Positions 1-9,527 of a stretch of DNA of 57,515 nt are shown here, in pieces. The notes beneath the pieces are model-generated. The model saw only the letters and a program-made list of their open reading frames with translations. It was not told the origin of the DNA and did not search any database. Every line of letters starts with the position of its first letter. Position 1 is the first letter of the stretch. Source of the DNA: a virus (lineage: Duplodnaviria > Caudoviricetes); IMG/VR virus record IMGVR_UViG_3300033565_000004, positions 1-57,515 of that record; one strand, 5' to 3'. Both the position numbers and the translations under genes were made by a program.

Positions 1-1058
1 TAGCGTTCGAGAATGTCACGTCCGGCCATTGCGATAAAGTTTTGCGCCTCCTCGTCTCCGACCTTATTGACCTCCGCTCCTGCTATCGAATAGTCCGTAA
101 ACTTGAATGGCTTTCGTAGTGGTTTCGGTGCGAGCCGATTATCCTCCGTAATCGTTTCGAATGCCTGCGTCAAACTCCTTGCATTATTGCGCTGCCTTAA
201 TCGGTCGGCACTTTCGCTCATTACGACAACTTGCGAATTAAGCACGGCGGCAGTCGCTTTCTTTCGCGTGGCATCGCTGATTTGCTTGCCTCCGTTTAAG
301 CGTTCAATCAGCCCTTCTAAGGCGTTGTATTCGTTCCCCTTACGATTAGTCTTAGCGCCTCCTAAGACGTCTGATATGTCGTCAAATAGCGCTGAAACGA
401 CGCCTACAATCGTCTTAAATGCGTAGCCTGCGCCCATCTTATTTCGGTCGGTCGGCAGGTTCCGCTTGACCTTGCGAATAGTAGCTTCGTAGCTGCTCCG
501 CCAGGTAAATTGAGTCGTCGGCATAAAGTTGTAAAACACGCCGACCTTGTCGCCTTCCTCCATCACGTCGACCACGTTTAGCTTCGAACGGAGCAAGTCG
601 TCGTTACGCCGATCAGTCGCAAGGCTTAGCGCATCTTCCTTCGTGTAGGCGAGCGAATACTTGGTCGCTGATTCGGAAAAACTAGGCAGGTCAGCGACAA
701 CCTTCACGGTTATATTACTCCACGAGTCGCTGATTTTTTCTTTGATGAGCGATAGGTAGCTTTGCGGAATGACGAAGTAAAACTCGACTTTCTTCTTTTC
801 GATATAAACGTAGTAAGCGACTTTGGACGCAAGCTCGACGGAGTATTTCGTGCCGAATAGAAACTCGCGACCGAGCGCCTTGATAACCTTGGCGTTTTCC
901 TTGCGGATATTCTGCGTGAGATTGCGATAAATGGATGCGATGGATTTGGCGATTTTATGAGTGGATTGATTGCGGATTGAATTATTAGGAGTTAGGCGCA
1001 GGTAGACGTATGACGGTTTGATAACGTTGATATAATCGGACATTTTAATGCGTTTCAT
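1..1058 (-). CDS. N-terminal part (truncated by window edge) of a large protein, probably a VirD4/FtsK/HerA-type ATPase
   Basis: Not in the ORF track. ATG at 1058 overlaps the M23 stop (ATGA). The frame reads MKRIKMSDYINVIKPSYVYLRLTPNNSIRNQSTHKIAK... and stays open to position 1. The ATPase call is from module context; no Walker motif is inside the window. Confidence 0.55.
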   Translation of the reverse strand, partial: MKRIKMSDYINVIKPSYVYLRLTPNNSIRNQSTHKIAKSIASIYRNLTQNIRKENAKVIKALGREFLFGTKYSVELASKVAYYVYIEKKKVEFYFVIPQSYLSLIKEKISDSWSNITVKVVADLPSFSESATKYSLAYTKEDALSLATDRRNDDLLRSKLNVVDVMEEGDKVGVFYNFMPTTQFTWRSSYEATIRKVKRNLPTDRNKMGAGYAFKTIVGVVSALFDDISDVLGGAKTNRKGNEYNALEGLIERLNGGKQISDATRKKATAAVLNSQVVVMSESADRLRQRNNARSLTQAFETITEDNRLAPKPLRKPFKFTDYSIAGAEVNKVGDEEAQNFIAMAGRDILER

Positions 1059-1741
1059 TTCGATGCTCCTCCGAATAAATACTTCAATAATATATTTGCC
1101 GTAATTAGGACACCGGTCCAGCGACCTCCGTCCTTCCAGCCGGCAACCTTGAGGATTATCATTAGCGCCGATCCGATAAGCGTTCCGGCGAGCAATAAGT
1201 CCTTTAAGGCGTCGAATATGCCGAACAGGATTTCCGTTGTCACGTCCGCCACATGGTCGCGCATCGTCTCCGTGCTTCCGTAAAATATCCGCGTTAGTGG
1301 ACCTTGCGTGCCGTGGTTGTTAAATAGCGAAGTTATGACGCCGGGCGAAACATGGTCGCCGCTAATGCTTGCGAGTTTTTCAGCGTGTGGCGTCGGGTCG
1401 ATAACGTGACCACTAGCGTCCTTCATTCCGAAATGAAGATGTGGACCAGTCGAGTTGCCGGTATTACCACTGAGTCCTACGATGTCGCCTGCGTTCACAT
1501 GCTCGCCAATACGCGCCTTAACTTCGTTCATGTGGCCGTAAATAGTCCGCGTTCCATCCGGCATTTGAACCGACAGACCCTTGCCTATTGCGCCTGTTCC
1601 GTCATATACTCGGTCGACTACTCCGTCTGCGATGGAACGTAGCGTTGTATTCTCACTCATCGCTAAATCTATGCCTGAGTGCGGTTGCATATTGCGAACT
1701 GGCGAGAGTTCTCCGAATTTACCTGTTAGTCGGAATTTCAT
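1055..1741 (-). CDS. M23 family metallopeptidase with C-terminal transmembrane helices
   Basis: HSGIDL (HxxxD), YGHM and GNSTGPHLHF (HxH) motifs; hydrophobic C-terminus. Confidence 0.9.
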   Translation of the reverse strand: MKFRLTGKFGELSPVRNMQPHSGIDLAMSENTTLRSIADGVVDRVYDGTGAIGKGLSVQMPDGTRTIYGHMNEVKARIGEHVNAGDIVGLSGNTGNSTGPHLHFGMKDASGHVIDPTPHAEKLASISGDHVSPGVITSLFNNHGTQGPLTRIFYGSTETMRDHVADVTTEILFGIFDALKDLLLAGTLIGSALMIILKVAGWKDGGRWTGVLITANILLKYLFGGASK

Positions 1742-1754
1742 GCGTTATCACCTC

Positions 1755-2156
1755 CTATTTACTAACACTTGCGAATACCTGGTCGACTTTATCTAAGCCA
1801 TACGGCAACCCCAACAAAAACAGATACGTTAATAAGTAGCCGAAAAAAGACTTTTTTGCCGAATCCAAATCCCCGTTGCCTATCATTTTCAGCGTATCAA
1901 ATCCGCCTTTAAAAACGATGATCCACTTTCCGATGCCAATTAATTCCTTGTATAACTTCGCCGCTTCGACGTCAATCCCCGAACTGGCATAGACTGCTCC
2001 GCCGCCACTCGTTAGCATTAGCGCTGTTACGCCTGCTGTTACGTAAACCATTCCGTACTTCTTAAAATGACGCTCCACTTTCGCGCTGAATGGCTCCGGC
2101 TCGCGCCCCCTCATAAACTCGCTAATGGACATGGATTCCGTCCTCATATTAGTCAA
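1755..2156 (-). CDS. Membrane protein, VirB2/TrbC pilin-like architecture
   Basis: Hydrophobic leader ending AVYA followed by two predicted TM segments; GGAGG RBS. Confidence 0.5.
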   Translation of the reverse strand: MTNMRTESMSISEFMRGREPEPFSAKVERHFKKYGMVYVTAGVTALMLTSGGGAVYASSGIDVEAAKLYKELIGIGKWIIVFKGGFDTLKMIGNGDLDSAKKSFFGYLLTYLFLLGLPYGLDKVDQVFASVSK

Positions 2157-2176
2157 CCTCCGTCAAACTATTTTTC

Positions 2177-2312
2177 GGTTAGTAACCGGTTGTACATGCA
2201 ATATTTCGCAATTCCGTTAATATGCTGAGGTGAAAGCGCCTCGGCTTCCTAGCCAATCTGCGTGCTTATAGATTTAATCCGTTTAATTGCGTCATGCTCA
2301 GGTTAGTAACCG
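2177..2312. promoter_or_regulatory. Two identical palindromic operator-like sites GGTTAGTAACCG (2177-2188, 2301-2312)
   Basis: Exact 12-bp repeat with a GGTTA-G-TAACC dyad; a degenerate copy lies near 2519-2531. Confidence 0.5.
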
Positions 2313-2490
2313 CCTGGGCTGGCGCTTTTTTTATTGTTCTGACAACGTTTCCTCCTTCCATGTCGCGTTGGATAAGCCGTTTCATATACGCTGAGAAGTT
2401 CGGGTATTGAGCGACGTACTCCTTCATCTGCATTTGAAACGGGTCGGCCACGTTAAAACTTACGGATTTATTGACGATTTTCTTCGCCAT
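2266..2490 (-). CDS. Small DNA-binding protein, ribbon-helix-helix-like
   Basis: KSVSFN beta-strand followed by the NFSAYMKRLIQRDM helix pattern; GGAGG RBS. Confidence 0.55.
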   Translation of the reverse strand: MAKKIVNKSVSFNVADPFQMQMKEYVAQYPNFSAYMKRLIQRDMEGGNVVRTIKKAPAQAVTNLSMTQLNGLNL

Positions 2491-2634
2491 GCTATCTACC
2501 TCCTGACTAGTTAACGACCAGTAACTAACTGGTTAATATACTGTATGGGCGACTGTTTGTCCGTGATACCAATTTTTTGCGTAAGTTTAAAAAACTGATT
2601 TCGTGGACAGACTTATTGTCGAGGTGATAGCGAG

Positions 2635-2865
2635 ATGGGTTGGTTTGAACTCGGCAAAAAACGGAGCAAATTCGGAAAGTATATTGATTCTAAAGGAATT
2701 TCGCAAGAGGACATTCGAAGGGAAACGAAACTGGGAAACGGAACGCTGACGTCGTTATGTAATGATAGCGAATATGTGCCCAGAATTTCTACGTGGGTGA
2801 AGGTGCAACGTGCGTTGAAGTCGATGGGATACGATGTGGACCGCGATAAGTTTTTCGATATATAA
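2635..2865 (+). CDS. XRE/Cro-like HTH transcriptional regulator
   Basis: GISQEDIRRETKLGNGTLTSLCN HTH pattern; GAGGTG RBS; divergent from the RHH gene. Confidence 0.8.
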   Translation: MGWFELGKKRSKFGKYIDSKGISQEDIRRETKLGNGTLTSLCNDSEYVPRISTWVKVQRALKSMGYDVDRDKFFDI

Positions 2866-2881
2866 CGAAGCCTAAACGAAG

Positions 2882-2918
2882 AAAAAGCCCCGACCGGTTA
2901 AGGCCGAGGCTATTTTTT
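2882..2918. terminator. Bidirectional intrinsic terminator
   Basis: aaaaagccccgaccggttaaggccgaggctatttttt between convergent genes. Confidence 0.7.
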
Positions 2919-3278
2919 ATCATACTTAGATACTACGGTAATTGCGATATCTTTCTCTTCATCTTTCGCGTTGAACCAGCCGGAAAGCGTGTCGTCCTCT
3001 TGAACGTTGCCTAACTCGAGGCTGTTCGAAATTTCTTTCGTAAGGACTTCCGCCTGTGCCTCCGTAGCGTCAGGCTGAATCACGAGACTGACGGACGGCT
3101 TCACTCCGTATTCATCAGCGAAGTGCTTCTGGAATTTTTCGAGGTCAGCCAGCGGGTCTGTGTTTCCGATCGGCTCAATCGTTGCGATTAGCGTCACGAT
3201 GACCGCCGTTAAGGCGATAATACCTACGGACAATAAAGTAATTGCGTTTCTATTTAACTCGTTAATTTTCGCTAACAT
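2910..3278 (-). CDS. Hypothetical membrane-anchored acidic protein (moron-like)
   Basis: Single N-terminal TM helix and acidic ectodomain; GGAGG RBS; upstream TTTACA-N18-TAGAAT on the minus strand. Confidence 0.65.
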   Translation of the reverse strand: MLAKINELNRNAITLLSVGIIALTAVIVTLIATIEPIGNTDPLADLEKFQKHFADEYGVKPSVSLVIQPDATEAQAEVLTKEISNSLELGNVQEDDTLSGWFNAKDEEKDIAITVVSKYDKK

Positions 3279-3378
3279 GCGAATCCCTCCGATTAGTAAT
3301 TATTTCTAATTCTACCGCATGTTGTATATGTATGTAAAGGACAAACGCAATTATGCGTCGTCCCGCGTAATTATTTCG

Positions 3379-3570
3379 TTAATTATCGTCTTTAAATCCG
3401 CTACCACTTGACGGGTTACTGACCACGCCAGCTAATACAAGCACAGTCAACACTGCGTTAACCACTTCGTTATATTTATCCTCAGCGATATTTACGCCGA
3501 AAGACTGCGCAATAATTAAGCCTAGCGAAGCAACCGCAAGCCACAATCCGTAATTCTTAAACCGTTTCAT
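3379..3570 (-). CDS. Holin
   Basis: 63 aa, two TM helices, R-F-K-N-x-G-L-W start and GVVSNP end typical of Bacillus holins; overlaps the endolysin stop. Confidence 0.85.
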   Translation of the reverse strand: MKRFKNYGLWLAVASLGLIIAQSFGVNIAEDKYNEVVNAVLTVLVLAGVVSNPSSGSGFKDDN

Positions 3571-4571
3571 TACTTCAACACCTCCGCGAGTTTAGCTTTC
3601 GTTTTAGGACCGTAAATGCCGTCCGCTACTAATTTTTTGTCTGCTTGGAGCTTGCGTAAGGCTGCGTCTGTCTTCGCGCCAAAGATTCCGTCGGCAGTTC
3701 CGCAATTAAACTTCGCAGCATTGAGCGCAGTTTGAAGCAGTTTAACGGATGAGCCTTTGGCACCTTTACGAATAATTCCGTCAGGTAGTTTATAAGTCGG
3801 CTTCGGAGCAGGCGCGCTTTCCTTAGTGGATTCTAACTTCGCTTTCGTTTGCGCCCCTACTACGCCATCGACAGTAAGACCGTTGCGTGCTTGAAATGAT
3901 TTTACCGCGTCTAACGTTTCTTGCCCGAAACCTCCATCTGCTCCAAAACGTGGAAGTTTTTCGCCTGCTTTTACAAGGTATTCTTGCAGTTTTTTGACGT
4001 CCGCCCCTTTATCGCCTAACCGAAGAACCTCCGGCTTTTTTACGTTTGATACAGGATGATTTGCGATAGGAATTGCGATAATTTTGTTGCCGTAATTGGC
4101 GACTTGTTTTAAGAATGCGCCCTTGTCTAAGCCGGTGCCCGGGCAAGTTTTCGGCGCGTGCTCTCGGTGGAACATAATTTTCGCCCCGCATTCCGTCGTC
4201 AGGAAATGCTGCAGTTTTAACATTGCGTTTAGTTGCGCGCCTTCTAGCTTATCGCGTCCCTCGTCAAAGTCGCCTAACATTTCCGTCATAAATGCGCCCG
4301 TATTGTACCCGCTAATTCCTGACGGAGTCTTATCGAACGGTCGTCCTGTCACGAATGTTCCGTCAGGCATAAGCGTAACATGCTGTCCGATATTGTCCCA
4401 TCCTCGTACTTGCGTATGGTTATCATACATACCTTGTTGTAGTCTAAGGTGGTTCTTTCCGTTGAAACTCGAGTGATTCGGTTTCCACGTGTGATGGATT
4501 TGCGAATATTTGTATTTGCGCCCTTTTAACCGTGAAATTAACTGATCCGCCGTCAAAATTTCAAACGCCAT
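3570..4571 (-). CDS. Endolysin, N-acetylmuramoyl-L-alanine amidase with two peptidoglycan-binding domains
   Basis: IHHTW, GWDNIGQH and FHRE..KTCPG amidase_2 motifs; two PG_binding_1 repeats (DGGFG..T, DGIFG..T). Confidence 0.92.
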   Translation of the reverse strand: MAFEILTADQLISRLKGRKYKYSQIHHTWKPNHSSFNGKNHLRLQQGMYDNHTQVRGWDNIGQHVTLMPDGTFVTGRPFDKTPSGISGYNTGAFMTEMLGDFDEGRDKLEGAQLNAMLKLQHFLTTECGAKIMFHREHAPKTCPGTGLDKGAFLKQVANYGNKIIAIPIANHPVSNVKKPEVLRLGDKGADVKKLQEYLVKAGEKLPRFGADGGFGQETLDAVKSFQARNGLTVDGVVGAQTKAKLESTKESAPAPKPTYKLPDGIIRKGAKGSSVKLLQTALNAAKFNCGTADGIFGAKTDAALRKLQADKKLVADGIYGPKTKAKLAEVLK

Positions 4572-4673
4572 TTTATTCCGCTTCCTTTCCGTTTCTTTTA
4601 ATGTTAATATAAAGCTAAGGTCGGCTCCGCAACTTTAATCGTAACCAGCGAATGGGTGCGGTCGCCGACTGGC

Positions 4674-4928
4674 TTACTTGAAAACCGCTATGCCGACGGT
4701 CACTAAAAATCCGATGACTGTTAAGATAGCGCCCCACACCCACTTCGTATTTGCCTTCATATCGCGAATATCCTCACGGTTAGCCTCCGACATTGCCAGC
4801 GCTTTGTCCGCCTTTGCGTCCGCTTCGTCAGCTACGCGTTTCACTTCGCTCATGTAGTCCATTTTCGTATCAATCCGCACAAGCCATTCGCGAAGCTCCG
4901 CGATGTCGCGACTTATTGGTTCCGACAT
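4674..4928 (-). CDS. Hemolysin XhlA-family holin-like protein
   Basis: Coiled-coil N-terminus, then NTKWVW and a C-terminal TM helix; lies upstream of the endolysin. Confidence 0.75.
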   Translation of the reverse strand: MSEPISRDIAELREWLVRIDTKMDYMSEVKRVADEADAKADKALAMSEANREDIRDMKANTKWVWGAILTVIGFLVTVGIAVFK

Positions 4929-4942
4929 TGTTGCGTCCTCCT

Positions 4943-5131
4943 CTACTTCATAATTAACTGACCGTCGACCACTTTATAGCGCCATAGTTCGTCGATTTGT
5001 TCCCAGGTTAAATCGAATTCGTATTGGTAGTTCGGCACCGTGCCGTTTTGAACTAGCGCCGGATCAGTCGTGCTCGCCGATATAATATTTCCGTCTGTAT
5101 CCGTAAAAACCCACGTTTTAACCATTCGCAT
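4943..5131 (-). CDS. Small tail-associated hypothetical protein
   Basis: Likely start ATG 5131 overlaps the tail gene stop; ends with YKVVDG.L motif. Confidence 0.6.
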   Translation of the reverse strand: MRMVKTWVFTDTDGNIISASTTDPALVQNGTVPNYQYEFDLTWEQIDELWRYKVVDGQLIMK

Positions 5132-6999
5132 CACCCATTCATATATTTCGTTGCAAGACGAACTAAACACGGATATCCGTTATCAGTCGTTTTGATTTTT
5201 GCGTAGAATACCTTCTCAGCACCCGTCGGCACGCCTAAATCGATAGTAATTGGAACGTTCGTGTCGCTAGTTGCATTCGTCATATTGGTCGCTAATACTG
5301 TTCCATCGCTATCCTCAACTCGGACATACGCGTAAGCACCGGCACCTCCGCCTCTCGCATAGAACGCTAAATTTAAGTAGCGTGACGTATGCTTAAATCG
5401 GAAGTAGTCAAAGCGCACATACGCAGTTGAAGACGTGCGCGTGTACGGACCTTGCTGTGTTACGACAAATGTTCCGTCACCAAACGTAGAGTCATCGACA
5501 TACTGAGGTGTTCCGCCTTGTACGTTTAAGTCGAAGTTTGCTTTGCCGTCGAGGATAACTTTGTACCCGTCGGGCCGTTCGATTGTCAGCGAACCTTTAG
5601 CGGTGTATAATCCGTCTGAATTTAGCTTAACGTACTTATTTGGATCGGCTGCGTCTATCGCCATAAGGTAATTTCCGTCCCAATAAAAAAGATCATCGTT
5701 TCCGATAATCTGAATATTGTTCGTTTTAATTTGGCCCGCTGTCAGCAAATTCGTTGTTACTCCGTCGGCTGTTATCGCATTATCAAACGTCTCTCCTCCG
5801 TTGGTTGTAATACCGAGCCCTGCCGACCGTAACGCAACAAACCGGCTCGCATCGTTAGGATCACGCGCAATAATACCCATGCCTTCCGGATATTCGAGCT
5901 CAGTCAGAGAATTGTTCAGCGCCTCAGTCGCCTTCTTGACCGCTTCCGTATAAACGTTATAGCGTATGCGCCCGCTGTTTTCGTCCCATAACTTATCGAG
6001 TATCGCTTTCGTCCGATTAAACTGAACGTCTGCGAACGTCTGGCGCACGTTGGAAAGCGCCACTCTCGGCGACTTTGTAGATTCCGGATAATCCTCGATT
6101 TCGAGTATCCGCAAGTCTAAGTCGACACTTAACGGCTCGTAAATCGTAGGCACGGTATCGCCTAGCCCTGGCGCAGTCACCGTAAAGCCAGCGTTCTGAA
6201 GCTCGACGAATTCTAGCTCGATTGACACTTCCGGCGTGTCGACTATCGCGCTCTGAATGTGGCTGAGTAGCGATGCTTGAACGGTAAAGCGTTCGTCCTT
6301 AACCGGCGGTGCGTGGCGAATGCCATAAACGTCAGCCATTGGCGAAGTATATTCCGCTGTACAGGTGTATGTGCCGTCATCGTTCTGCTTTCCGTAGCCT
6401 TTGATATATGTCGATAAGTCGTTCGTATTCACCGTTCGCGACAGCGTTTTGACGTTATGCTTATAGCGAAATTGAAAGTCGGGCGTGCTGCCTATCTTCG
6501 TGCGAATATTAATGTTGGTACCGCTGATGTCAAATTCAGCGCTAAATCGTTCTAGTATCGTCTGAAATAAAGCCAGCGCATTGTCATCTCCGAAGTTTTC
6601 GAATTGGACCGTGCCAAATGCATCAATGACCGAAAATGTCCAGCCGGTTCCACTAAGCGCAAAGCTTAGCGCCTGACTAATAGACTTGGCCCCATTAGTT
6701 AACGTACCGTATTGATAGACGTCGACAATATCGAAGAAGACGTGCGTTGCCGTTACGTCCTTGACCGGCGTGTTGACAACCGTGCGCTCGTCGACGTTCT
6801 TAATGCGATACTGGTCGCCGCCATATTCAACGATAGACTCTTCGCAGACTAACGGAAATGCGTGCGTGTTGGACGGCGTTTTCATCATAAAAAAAGAGAG
6901 CGAACGTTCACCGTTCACCCTCCGTTTACGTGTTAAGTTATTAAAGTCGGTCAGCATTTCGGACTGGCCGGCGAGATTGGTGACGAATAAGTCCGCCAA
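5131..6999 (-). CDS. Baseplate hub/tail endopeptidase-family protein (Tal-like) with C-terminal extension
   Basis: Prophage tail endopeptidase-like motifs (FRYKHNVK, TYIKGYGK, EYTSP..YG.RHAPP..DER). Confidence 0.85.
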   Translation of the reverse strand: MADLFVTNLAGQSEMLTDFNNLTRKRRVNGERSLSFFMMKTPSNTHAFPLVCEESIVEYGGDQYRIKNVDERTVVNTPVKDVTATHVFFDIVDVYQYGTLTNGAKSISQALSFALSGTGWTFSVIDAFGTVQFENFGDDNALALFQTILERFSAEFDISGTNINIRTKIGSTPDFQFRYKHNVKTLSRTVNTNDLSTYIKGYGKQNDDGTYTCTAEYTSPMADVYGIRHAPPVKDERFTVQASLLSHIQSAIVDTPEVSIELEFVELQNAGFTVTAPGLGDTVPTIYEPLSVDLDLRILEIEDYPESTKSPRVALSNVRQTFADVQFNRTKAILDKLWDENSGRIRYNVYTEAVKKATEALNNSLTELEYPEGMGIIARDPNDASRFVALRSAGLGITTNGGETFDNAITADGVTTNLLTAGQIKTNNIQIIGNDDLFYWDGNYLMAIDAADPNKYVKLNSDGLYTAKGSLTIERPDGYKVILDGKANFDLNVQGGTPQYVDDSTFGDGTFVVTQQGPYTRTSSTAYVRFDYFRFKHTSRYLNLAFYARGGGAGAYAYVRVEDSDGTVLATNMTNATSDTNVPITIDLGVPTGAEKVFYAKIKTTDNGYPCLVRLATKYMNG

Positions 7000-7057
7000 A
7001 GGTTCCGACCTCCTTTCGTTTTATTTATGTCGTTCTTTGCTCCAATTGTGCATTAAC

Positions 7058-7888
7058 TTATTCTATATCTATATGATCTTTATGAGTTGAGTCCAACTCT
7101 GTTAAGAAATTAATAATCTCCATATCATATTCATCTAAAACTTTTGGAGTTTTACTAATCCTCTTTGTAACTAATAAATCATCGAGATTTTCCATTGAAT
7201 CAATTTTTGAAAAGCTTTTTGATTTAGAATCATATCTGTACCTTTCAGGGGAAAACTCTTCAAGTGAATTTATATCAACATTAGCAAAAAACAATTCAGG
7301 GCTTTTAAAATAATCTCCATTTAATTTTTCCAAATTAAATTTCCACCATTTTATATCCAATAACTTTTTCCAAACTTCTTCATCAAACCTCATTTTTAAA
7401 GGTTTTGCAGGTATACCACCAACGATTTGATAAGGTAGTACATCTTTTGTAACGACAGCACCAGAACCAATAACAGCCCCATCTCCGATTGTTACACCTT
7501 TTTGTATGATGACATTATCTCCAATAAAGACATCATTTCCGACGTACGTTCTCTTCTGATTCCCGTCGTATTTGTTTTGCTTTTTTATCTTGTTGTAGGA
7601 ATCAAAATTTTTTAAAGCACCTACACCTGATATAGGGAAAGGGTGACTGGTTATAGCAGCAATATCATGCACACCAGGACCTATATTAACCTTTTTCCCT
7701 ATAGAACAATACCTTCCTACGCTAGCATTATAAAATTCACAATCATTTCCTGCATATGAAAACGCGCCAAAGAAACATTCACCTTTTACAGTAGAATTGT
7801 TTATTGATACACATTTTTCAAATACAAGTTTGCCAAGTATAACGTTTTCGTCTAGGGTAATCTCATATTCGGTATATGCTTTTTTCAC
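7058..7888 (-). CDS. CatB/Vat-like hexapeptide-repeat O-acetyltransferase (moron)
   Basis: [53 protein letters not shown] motifs; AT-rich. Confidence 0.9.
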   Translation of the reverse strand: MKKAYTEYEITLDENVILGKLVFEKCVSINNSTVKGECFFGAFSYAGNDCEFYNASVGRYCSIGKKVNIGPGVHDIAAITSHPFPISGVGALKNFDSYNKIKKQNKYDGNQKRTYVGNDVFIGDNVIIQKGVTIGDGAVIGSGAVVTKDVLPYQIVGGIPAKPLKMRFDEEVWKKLLDIKWWKFNLEKLNGDYFKSPELFFANVDINSLEEFSPERYRYDSKSKSFSKIDSMENLDDLLVTKRISKTPKVLDEYDMEIINFLTELDSTHKDHIDIE

Positions 7889-7927
7889 TTTTTACCATCA
7901 TCCTTATAAATCTATTTTCCTATGATA

Positions 7928-7956
7928 ATAGTAACTAGTAATATTTGCACAGTCAA
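7928..7956 (-). promoter_or_regulatory. SigA-type promoter for the acetyltransferase
   Basis: TTGACT-N17-TACTAT on the minus strand, about 40 nt before the start codon. Confidence 0.7.
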
Positions 7957-7972
7957 GAAATTTTTGGAACAT

Positions 7973-9514
7973 TTAATCCAACCAAGTGGAACTTAACGTT
8001 TTAACTAAGTTAAATCTAAACCGAGCGTAACGGTTATTAAACGTGTCGTGAACTTCAGCAACATTGGTTAAATGTGTTCCACCGCCGACCAGGGTACCCG
8101 TAAATTGTTTTTCAGCGTATAACTTTACAGTGAAATAATTCCGATGTAAAAGGTCTATAGATGTTCCTCCGTAATCTGTAGCGTTGAATAATGCTCCATT
8201 TATCACATTCCAAAACAATGAAATATCAAAGCGATTATCTTGCATGGTTCCATTTGGATGTCCTGCATCCCCCGTGTCAATACCGTTTACAGGTTCCGTA
8301 GGGATAGCACTCACCAAGTTAGTAAAGGTATCTACCTGTACCCTTGCTTTAAACGTGGATTTATGGAATGAACCTCTAAACACAGAACCCACTGGATGGG
8401 CAGCATCATTGTAAATCGTACAATCTACAAAATTTAAGTTTGTTGCTCTGTTTCCATTTATAATCCCCCGATTTGTCCAATTCGTACCACAGTTAATAAA
8501 CTGACACCCACTCACAGTTATATCTTGTGAGATTAGATCAATGTTTGCAGGGTTGTTAGATTGTTCAATATTAAAACCAGAATATTCGCATTCAATAACT
8601 AAGCAATTGGTAAAGTTAATGTTTCGTGTGCGTTGCTTTAGGTTATCTGTTATACCGTCTAAAGCATCAGCTTTTGTTCCAGAGTCTAATCCTGTAGAAC
8701 AATTGTAGGCACGACAACCAATTACAGTTACATTCCTACTGGCTGGATGACACGTAAATGCTCTACCGCCTTCGATAGATATGTCTCTCTTGCAGTTATT
8801 CACTTCGACATTTGAAATATAAATATTTTCAGCCGCTTCAATTCCGAAACCGTTTACCCCTAAGAATCCGGTACCGTCAATGTTTCCACCATCCCAATGA
8901 ATATTTTTTACAGGAATAGGGTTAGAAATATCTGTTTTGTCTCCATTGATCTCTACGATATGACCGCCTGCACCAAAGCCGTTTAATTTGATCGTTGCAT
9001 AGTTTAAAATGTGTTTGTTATTAGCAATAGCAAAGGAACTATTAACGATAAATGTCTTCCCGTACGGCAAAACAACAATCGTTTTGTCATTATTAAAGGC
9101 TTTACGCATAGCACATAAGTCCAATTCATCGGTTAAAGCATTCGCAATTTGTCTGCCTTTAAAATCTAATCCATAATACGCTCTTGCTTCAGTTAAAGTA
9201 GCGTACTTCGTAGATAAAGGGTGGCTTAGTCCATCACCAATCGCTCCATATTCCACAACAGAACAAATACTTTTATCTTCAAGTTTCTTCGCATTATCCG
9301 CCAAAGACGCATCAACGCCGTCCAACCGATCCTTCAAAACAGGCTTCCCACCGCGCGCATCCACAACCTCGCTCGGCTGAGGCGTTCCGGTTATTAAATT
9401 ATCAACGCGTGACTTCTGCGCCTGTAAATCCGTATCCACATCGTTAAAGTTTGCGTTTAAATCATTACGGAACACTCGGTTAAATAGCGTTCCTAAACTT
9501 CGATATTTTCCCAT
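7973..9514 (-). CDS. Tail spike / receptor-binding protein with pectate-lyase-like beta-helix
   Basis: N-terminal anchor (SEVVDARG..LKDRLD), SVVEYGAIGDG, and many Asn/Cys-rich beta-helix rungs. Confidence 0.8.
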   Translation of the reverse strand: MGKYRSLGTLFNRVFRNDLNANFNDVDTDLQAQKSRVDNLITGTPQPSEVVDARGGKPVLKDRLDGVDASLADNAKKLEDKSICSVVEYGAIGDGLSHPLSTKYATLTEARAYYGLDFKGRQIANALTDELDLCAMRKAFNNDKTIVVLPYGKTFIVNSSFAIANNKHILNYATIKLNGFGAGGHIVEINGDKTDISNPIPVKNIHWDGGNIDGTGFLGVNGFGIEAAENIYISNVEVNNCKRDISIEGGRAFTCHPASRNVTVIGCRAYNCSTGLDSGTKADALDGITDNLKQRTRNINFTNCLVIECEYSGFNIEQSNNPANIDLISQDITVSGCQFINCGTNWTNRGIINGNRATNLNFVDCTIYNDAAHPVGSVFRGSFHKSTFKARVQVDTFTNLVSAIPTEPVNGIDTGDAGHPNGTMQDNRFDISLFWNVINGALFNATDYGGTSIDLLHRNYFTVKLYAEKQFTGTLVGGGTHLTNVAEVHDTFNNRYARFRFNLVKTLSSTWLD

Positions 9515-9527
9515 TTATTCACCGCCT

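Noticed and set aside
4620-4670. Hairpin between the xhlA-like gene and the endolysin
   Set aside because: Short interrupted stem with a large loop; not enough to call an RNA element.
7058-7888. Calling the gene a bona fide cat/vat resistance gene
   Set aside because: The fold is shared with sugar O-acetyltransferases; substrate cannot be read from sequence.
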